64,000 nt of DNA from Methylococcales bacterium (GTDB lineage Bacteria > Pseudomonadota > Gammaproteobacteria > JABHGC01), in NCBI GenBank assembly GCA_018672285.1, contig JABHGC010000099.1, positions 4,734 through 68,733 on the forward strand. The letters are read 5' to 3'. The notes under the pieces are model-generated. The model searched no databases and had not been told where the DNA came from. It worked only from the letters and a program-made list of their open reading frames with translations. Both the position numbers and the translations under genes were made by a program. Below are positions 58,901 through 64,000 of this stretch, one piece after another (the first letter of the stretch is position 1; every line of letters starts with the position of its first letter).

Positions 58901-61900
58901 ACATAAGCCAAACGACTGCTTGAGATACTAATATTAACCGACGTATTTGGCTGTGAAATAACACTCTTATCTTGTGTTTCAAGTATTTCAATATCCTGGC
59001 TCGCAATACCTTTAATCGTTTTAACATGTCTTGGTTGAGTAATGACGAGGGGTATTTCAGTATCTTCAAGAATCCACTCAACCATATCTTCCGGTGCAGT
59101 AGGGTCAAGCGGTACATAACAACCACCTGCTTTGAGTACGGCCAGCATAGCAATCACTTGGTCTACAGAACGGTCTATAAACAAGCCAACATATGTTTCC
59201 TGTTCAACGCCCATTGCCAATAAACAATGCGCCATTTGATTGGATCGGTGCTCAAGCTCTGCATAGGTAAGTTGCACATCGTCATATCCCACAGCAACTT
59301 GCAGTGGGTAGGCCTCAACCATCGCCTCAAATCTTTGCACCAAAGACCCTGACACAGGCTCACTGTCAACCTTGTTATCAGGCTCAATGACTGAGCGCTC
59401 AACAGGTAACGACAGCATCCCTAAGGTGACAGGACTTTCAACAATTTGTACGAGCAGTTGCTGCAGCTGATTAAAAAAACCAAAATCGGTAAAGTGATGA
59501 GAATGGTAAGTCAGTGTTAACCTTAAGTCAGACCCCACCTGCTCACTTGACAACCATACAGAGGACTCTTCATTCTGGTTGATCATTCCGTGATCGGTAT
59601 AATAAAATGCGGTTTTTCCTGTGGTGACAGGCTGATCTAAACAAATGCCACACAACAGTGGTAGCTGCTCATAAATCGTCCGACAACGGTTTAAACGTGC
59701 CCACAACTCCTGACAGGTTGCGACCTCATGAAATAGCTCAGGTGAAAAAACATACAACACTTGATTATCCGCATTCTGAACGGGGAAATACCCTTCAGGT
59801 CGACAATATTGATATACCCACCAAGCTTGCAGCCCAATCAAACATTCAAAAATTTTCATCGAATGGCTGTCACAATACTGCTGAAGTTTTTGGTGCAAAT
59901 CTGGACTCAACGTAAACTGCTCTGTTTTCCAGGCACCGGTATCTTCAACCATAACCGGGTAATTAAGTGCTTCTATTTGGTCATAATCACGTTTCCACTC
60001 TGCGATAATGCCACCCAGGTAACACAAGGTTGGGTTATAAAATGCGGCATTCATTTCTAAAACAAGTTCACCACCACTTAATAGCGGTAGCCAAAATTCT
60101 GTGACAGATGCATCAAAGCTCATTGGTGAGCGCTGCAACATCCGATCAGATTCGCTCAACTCAAATTCTCTCTGCATCCACTGCATGTGGTTATATGCCG
60201 CTTTATGAGGAACCACAACCCCCTTCATCGCACCGGTACTACCAGAGGTATAAATCTGATACATCGGATCGTTGGTTGACACACCACTGATTAAATTTTT
60301 TGTGCTGAGCGTTAAGACATCTTCCCAGCCTTCATCCACTAAAAACAGCTGCATTTGTGAACGTTTAAACTGGCGCCCACGGATAGAATCGGTCATCAAC
60401 ATTAAGGGTTTAGCATCTTGCAGCATCTGCTCAATACGGTCTTTCGGACAGCTTGCGTCAAACGGAATATAACACCCCCCAGACTTAGCCACCGCTAGCA
60501 TAGATATAACCAGCTCTATTGAGCGTGGCAAATGAATACCAACACTAATATTTGGACCAACATTTTGCATCCGTAGCCAATGCGCGAGTTGATTGGCCTT
60601 TTCATTTAATTCTCTATAAGTCAGTTTTTCATGGCCTAATGTGACGGCTATCGCATCCGGCGTATATTCAGCTTGATCCTCAAACAACTGGTGCACACAG
60701 ACACGCTCAGGAAAATCAACTTGGGTATCATTCCATTCATTCACCAAACGGTTTTTCTCAGACTCTGGCAATAAAGAAATTTTGGCAATGGGTGTTTCTG
60801 GTTGGCGAATAATGTTATTTAACAAGACTTGAAGCTGACTTAAAATACGCTCAATGGTTGCCTCTTCAAACAGATCGGTATTGTATTCCATTTGAGCGAT
60901 CATGCCTTCTTGCGACTCACTCAAACTTAACCACAAATCAAATTTTGCAGTGCCATTGTGACTATGAAATAACTCGGCATCGACATCTGGTAGTGAGAAA
61001 GCTTCAAGCGGGGTGTTTTGCATGGTGAACATCACTTGAAACAAGGGTGATCGACTGGTGTCACGCTGCGGGTCTAATTCATCGACTAGTCTCTCATATG
61101 GCACATCTTGATTTGAAAATGCACCAAAAAAGACGTCACGAACTCGCCTCACTTGTTCTTGAAAATCAATATCATCATCTAGCGTTGTCTTAATCGCCAA
61201 CGTATTCACAAACAAACCAATCAAGTGCTCAACTTCAACTCGAGTACGGTTCGCAATCGGGAAACCGACCATGATTTCACGTTGACCTGAATACCGATAA
61301 AGCAGCACATTAAACGCGGCAAACAAGGTCATGCCTAAGCTAGCGCCATTGCGCTCACTTAGCTCTTCTAAACCAACAATCAACTCAAATGGAATCAGCC
61401 TTAAACACTGCGCCCCTTGGTAACTTTGCACCAATGGCCGAGGATAGTCTGTTGGTAAATTAAGCACGGGTACATCACCATGCGCCCCGATTTGGTCACG
61501 CCAAAACTCAATTTGTTTGGCCAACACCTCATCGGTTAAAAATGTGTTTTGCCATGCAGAGTAATCAATATACTGAATAGGTAACGCACTCAATCGAACA
61601 GATTTCCCACCAATAAACGCTTTATAAGCGGTCAAAAACTCTGAGCAAAACAAACCGAGTGACCAACCATCTGAGACGATATGATGCATGGTAAATAAAA
61701 ATAAATAATCATCTTCATCCAACACCAACAACTTAGCTCGAATCAAAGGTGGTGCTGTTAAATCAAACCCCTCCGTTCCCTCTTCATCCGCTAAACGCTT
61801 CGCCTCAGCTTGACGCACTTCAGCTGTATCACCTTCTACTTCAATCACAGTAAAAGGCACTTCATCTACCTCTGCAACAAAAGCGACCGGCTCTCCTAAC

Positions 61901-64000
61901 TGGTCTAAATACCCTGTTTTTAAGACTTCATGATGATTTAAAATCGTATTTAAGCTGAATTTCAAAGCATCAATATTGACCTTACCCTTCATCGAAATGG
62001 CAGCAGGCATGTTATAAACGGATGTGTTTTCTAACAAATGATGTAAAAACCACAAACGTTTTTGCGCCGATGACACCGGTAAAAATTCGCTTCTAGTGAT
62101 TACTTTAATATCGGTTTTTGGCAAACTCTTCTGATGCCGATAATGTTTTTCAATATGGCGAGACAAATCAGCAATGGTTGGGTGTTCAAATAACGCCCGC
62201 ACAGGCACTTCTAGTGCAAACCGATCATAAATACGAGCAACCACTTGAGTTGCTAATAATGAGTGCCCACCAAATTCGAAAAAGTTATCTTCAACACCGA
62301 CTCGGATGGCACCCAATACTTGCCCCCAAATCTCAACCAACGCTAATTCTAGCGGTGTTCCAGGTGCAATATACGCATCATCCATTTGCATGCCTGATGG
62401 TGCAGGCAATGCCAAACGATCAACCTTACCATTTGGCATCAATGGCAGGGCATCTAAAATCACAATGTCGTTAGGAATCATGTAAATTGGTAAATAGTTC
62501 TTCAGGAAGACTTTCATCTCCTCTGTCGTTGGTGAATTAACCGGATCAGAGATCACATAGGTCACCAAGCGCTTATTTCCTGGTACATCCTCTCGTACCA
62601 ATGTCACACTCTGTCTTACAGCGGGGTGATCATTAATCGCCGCTTCAACCTCACCCATTTCAATACGATAACCCCGTAACTTGACCTGGTGATCGATTCG
62701 ACCTAAAAATTCGATAGAGCCATCATGCAAATACCGCCCTAAGTCACCACTCTTATAAAGCTTTTGATCAGCCTCAAAAGGGTTGCTAATAAAACTGTCA
62801 TCGGTTAATTCAGGTCGGTACAAGTAACCACTTGCCAAACCTTGACCTGAAATATGAATTTCACCTGGCACACCAACCGGCACAGGGTTTAAAGACTTAT
62901 CTAAGATATAAATCTTGGCATTTGAAATGGGTCTACCAATGGGTAAATTATTTTGCAAATAACGTGGGTCGCACTCCCAAAACGTACTATCAATTGTCGC
63001 TTCTGTTGGCCCATAAAGATTAAATAAGGGTACGTCCAATCTTTCATAGTGCTGTTTTTGCAAATCAAGCGTCAGCGCCTCACCACCACAACAAACCCGT
63101 TTTAAACTACTGATACTTTCAATGCCAATTGTCTCAAGCAGCATTCTTAAAGCAGAAGGTACCAATTGAATGGTCGTCACATTATATTGTTTAATCGCCT
63201 CTAATAAATACGCACCATCTCGGTGACCATCAGGCTTGGCCATCACTAAAGTACCGCCAACCATGAGAGGCGCAAAAAATTCCCAAATAGAGGCGTCAAA
63301 ACTAAAGGGGGTTTTTTGTAACACCACATCATTTGAATCAAAGTTCAGGGCATCCAGCATCCACAACATGTGATTAACAATCGCACGATGAGGAATCATG
63401 ACCCCTTTTGGCCGACCTGTTGAACCTGAAGTGTAAATAATATAAGCCAATTGCTCAGGATCAAAAGCCATATCAATATTGGCTTTGTCAAATTCAGCCA
63501 AATCTAGCGTATCGATGGGTATCATCGTGCTTTTATTACGCTGAGGCATCGCATCGCATAATTGACTGTTGGTTAACACTAACGACAATTTTGCGTCTTC
63601 ACACATATAGGTTAACCGTTCAACAGGATAACCCGGGTCTAACGGAACGTAAGCCCCACCCGCTTTTAAAACCGCTAAAATGGCCACAACCATATCAATT
63701 GAGCGATGCACACAAACTCCAACCAAGAGGTTGTCTGCAACATTATTACTTTGTAAATATCGTGCTAATTGGTTCGCACGTTCGTTCAGTGCCTGATAAG
63801 TGATAGACGCTTGTTCATAACGAACAGCAATACTCTCTGGGCTAGATTCTGCAAATGACTCGAACCAGCTATTCAGTGAGCGCTCTAAAGGGTAATCAAC
63901 ATAATGATCATTCCACTCGACCGTTAACAAGTAACGATCAGCTTCAGTCATTAAAGGAATATCACTCATTGGGCTATCAGACTCACTGAGCAACCCTTGT
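55942..64000 (-). CDS. non-ribosomal peptide synthetase, 5'-truncated by the window edge (at least 2683 aa). Domain order: [C] linker, A, PCP, C, A N-half, C-tail fragment, full A, A C-half containing a PilZ-like insert, PCP, basic C-terminal tail.
   Basis: The frame stays open to position 64000. The first residues (LMTEADRYLLTVEWND) are a C-to-A linker, so a C domain lies upstream of the window. The track start at 63993 is a TTG. Confidence 0.9.
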   Translation of the reverse strand, partial: QGLLSESDSPMSDIPLMTEADRYLLTVEWNDHYVDYPLERSLNSWFESFAESSPESIAVRYEQASITYQALNERANQLARYLQSNNVADNLLVGVCVHRSIDMVVAILAVLKAGGAYVPLDPGYPVERLTYMCEDAKLSLVLTNSQLCDAMPQRNKSTMIPIDTLDLAEFDKANIDMAFDPEQLAYIIYTSGSTGRPKGVMIPHRAIVNHMLWMLDALNFDSNDVVLQKTPFSFDASIWEFFAPLMVGGTLVMAKPDGHRDGAYLLEAIKQYNVTTIQLVPSALRMLLETIGIESISSLKRVCCGGEALTLDLQKQHYERLDVPLFNLYGPTEATIDSTFWECDPRYLQNNLPIGRPISNAKIYILDKSLNPVPVGVPGEIHISGQGLASGYLYRPELTDDSFISNPFEADQKLYKSGDLGRYLHDGSIEFLGRIDHQVKLRGYRIEMGEVEAAINDHPAVRQSVTLVREDVPGNKRLVTYVISDPVNSPTTEEMKVFLKNYLPIYMIPNDIVILDALPLMPNGKVDRLALPAPSGMQMDDAYIAPGTPLELALVEIWGQVLGAIRVGVEDNFFEFGGHSLLATQVVARIYDRFALEVPVRALFEHPTIADLSRHIEKHYRHQKSLPKTDIKVITRSEFLPVSSAQKRLWFLHHLLENTSVYNMPAAISMKGKVNIDALKFSLNTILNHHEVLKTGYLDQLGEPVAFVAEVDEVPFTVIEVEGDTAEVRQAEAKRLADEEGTEGFDLTAPPLIRAKLLVLDEDDYLFLFTMHHIVSDGWSLGLFCSEFLTAYKAFIGGKSVRLSALPIQYIDYSAWQNTFLTDEVLAKQIEFWRDQIGAHGDVPVLNLPTDYPRPLVQSYQGAQCLRLIPFELIVGLEELSERNGASLGMTLFAAFNVLLYRYSGQREIMVGFPIANRTRVEVEHLIGLFVNTLAIKTTLDDDIDFQEQVRRVRDVFFGAFSNQDVPYERLVDELDPQRDTSRSPLFQVMFTMQNTPLEAFSLPDVDAELFHSHNGTAKFDLWLSLSESQEGMIAQMEYNTDLFEEATIERILSQLQVLLNNIIRQPETPIAKISLLPESEKNRLVNEWNDTQVDFPERVCVHQLFEDQAEYTPDAIAVTLGHEKLTYRELNEKANQLAHWLRMQNVGPNISVGIHLPRSIELVISMLAVAKSGGCYIPFDASCPKDRIEQMLQDAKPLMLMTDSIRGRQFKRSQMQLFLVDEGWEDVLTLSTKNLISGVSTNDPMYQIYTSGSTGAMKGVVVPHKAAYNHMQWMQREFELSESDRMLQRSPMSFDASVTEFWLPLLSGGELVLEMNAAFYNPTLCYLGGIIAEWKRDYDQIEALNYPVMVEDTGAWKTEQFTLSPDLHQKLQQYCDSHSMKIFECLIGLQAWWVYQYCRPEGYFPVQNADNQVLYVFSPELFHEVATCQELWARLNRCRTIYEQLPLLCGICLDQPVTTGKTAFYYTDHGMINQNEESSVWLSSEQVGSDLRLTLTYHSHHFTDFGFFNQLQQLLVQIVESPVTLGMLSLPVERSVIEPDNKVDSEPVSGSLVQRFEAMVEAYPLQVAVGYDDVQLTYAELEHRSNQMAHCLLAMGVEQETYVGLFIDRSVDQVIAMLAVLKAGGCYVPLDPTAPEDMVEWILEDTEIPLVITQPRHVKTIKGIASQDIEILETQDKSVISQPNTSVNISISSSRLAYVIYTSGSTGKPKGVMVEHAQILSLMDQSAPLFDFDHNDVWAMFHSCAFDFSVWEAWGALMYGGRLVLVPDSCSQDAEAFYQLLVKEKVTILNQTPSEFYQLISAEEQLFRSADNDENALVLREVIFGGEVLDYRKLKPWVMRHGDSQPKLSNMYGITETTVHVTCRPVTQEDVDFALRTMSTLNFIGQPINGLKLHILDAQNRPVAVGVPGEICVSGEGVARGYHNRAGLTASRFVQLPGIPGKLYRSGDLARYLPSGEVQYLGRMDHQVQLRGYRIELGEVESAIAAFPGVKENITIVKDDRHGEPQIVCYIVKPTNIEFVDIRQFIKLRIPEYMIPSSFVSIDVVPLTANGKIDYAALPAPNQVENQVTTLNEVGDAKRLIELILSQQITLLQVVPTLLRELVAQPQFSECTSLRTVFCGGEVFPQELAQQFFSRLSCQLINLYGPAEATIDATFGVADKHHIGESVPIGQPINNNQVYVLDQHLNVVPTGVVGELFIAGEGLSSGYLNQMEMTQARFIHNPFSSSKQSRLYQTGDLVRWLATGELEYVGRSDLQIKIRGYRVELEEIEAVLNEHPAVHESVVVARKDEKGQMGLVAYLVSSIVADRVLFKISCTARVEGHDPVTVTTEDISKRGLKLMNVPSYWQKGQRVSLELENFPQVGKITGKMVWCQSGSAGILLELSEDVGQVSDMISGIIADHGFNLFDLRRLNVSDPRRSRLRVPLHQQCQLKLMSSGHLYKVDTEDLSVGYIRLKNVPKECRQDDLISLLIALPGESVSSWVEGKLLWVNNTFASVQLNIDKETQVRFYQSVLSVMQSEHYWLSTHTMGHLRRYLNGYFPEFLVPKSFVHLDGLPLLDSGKVDRAALPAPEHIDSTEKISGEAETDTEKALAKIWCEVLSIDKVNRGDSFFELGGHSLLVTQVLSRILSQFSCKIPLQVFFDEPTLEGLSKAIDLADKVADSQKIADIKPLTKKTRRRKKSNGPR
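56449..57096 (-). other. 216-aa YcgR-like insert (degenerate PilZ-N-like domain plus canonical PilZ domain) within an adenylation domain, between motifs A8 and A9
   Basis: aa ~2300-2515. PRRSRLRVPL-(23 aa)-DLSVGYIRL...VEGKLLWVNNTFASVQL matches RxxxR...DxSxG...GxVxW PilZ hallmarks. The preceding half reads DISKRGLKLMNVPSYWQKGQRVSLEL...VGKITGKMVWCQSGSAGILL. It is flanked by A8 (GRSDLQIKIRGYRVELEEIE) and A9/A10 (FPEFLVP...DSGKVDRAAL). Confidence 0.55.
57820..59331 (-). other. complete adenylation domain of a different subfamily (A5 motif NMYGITETTVHVT), nested inside a split A domain
   Basis: aa ~1555-2058 with motifs A1 to A10. No PCP follows it. The sequence runs straight into the C-terminal half (A5-A10) of another A domain. 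Confidence 0.7.
59404..60696 (-). other. N-terminal half of the split A domain (motifs A1-A4, YTSGSTGAMKG...FDAS) fused to a ~170-aa fragment of the C-terminal end of a condensation domain
   Basis: aa ~1100-1312 carry A1-A4 and diverge after GGELVLE. aa ~1360-1530 resemble C-domain motifs C4-C7 and the domain end (LHQKLQQYCDSHSMKIFECLIGLQAWWVYQYCRPEGYF ... LRLTLTYHSHHFTDFGFFNQLQQLLVQIVESP). Confidence 0.55.

Noticed and set aside
30326-62474. Numerous 60-120-aa + strand ORFs overlapping the NRPS genes
   Set aside because: They sit on the strand opposite an uninterrupted 26-kb plus 8-kb coding frame with clear domain structure. They are almost certainly spurious.

Overview
The window looks like an AT-rich gammaproteobacterial chromosome segment, with flagellins resembling those of marine Vibrio/Shewanella/Pseudoalteromonas relatives. 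It has three parts.

1) Positions 1-17.2 kb: housekeeping and signalling genes. These are cytochrome b561, CheV, a NadD-like/PLD/NadK-like trio, a 1460-aa membrane-anchored coiled-coil protein with acidic tandem repeats, QueF, an FGGY kinase, an FHA membrane protein paired with a trypsin-like protease, and a REC plus degenerate-GGDEF protein.

2) Positions 17.2-28.3 kb: a minus-strand flagellar filament locus. It runs fliT-like, fliS, fliD, flaG, then four tandem flagellins in two near-identical pairs with sigma28-type promoters, then a 1343-aa four-domain glycosyltransferase directly upstream.

3) Positions 28.7-64 kb: a non-ribosomal peptide synthetase (NRPS) assembly line on the minus strand. 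It comprises a 5'-truncated gene (at least 2683 aa, running off the window) and an 8777-aa gene, together at least 9 carrier-protein modules, followed by a translationally coupled CsgG-like/PEGA/Sel1 exported protein. No release (TE/R) domain lies in the window.

The most unusual signal is inside the NRPS. One adenylation (A) domain is interrupted between motifs A8 and A9 (the classic methyltransferase insertion site) by a 216-aa YcgR-like tandem PilZ insert carrying an intact RxxxR...DxSxG motif. This suggests a c-di-GMP-responsive NRPS embedded next to flagellar genes and a degenerate-GGDEF receptor. The NRPS also shows mosaic architecture:
- a split A domain with a nested foreign A domain;
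- condensation-like/epimerase-like (C') domains lying between C and A domains;
- an A-less C-PCP module.
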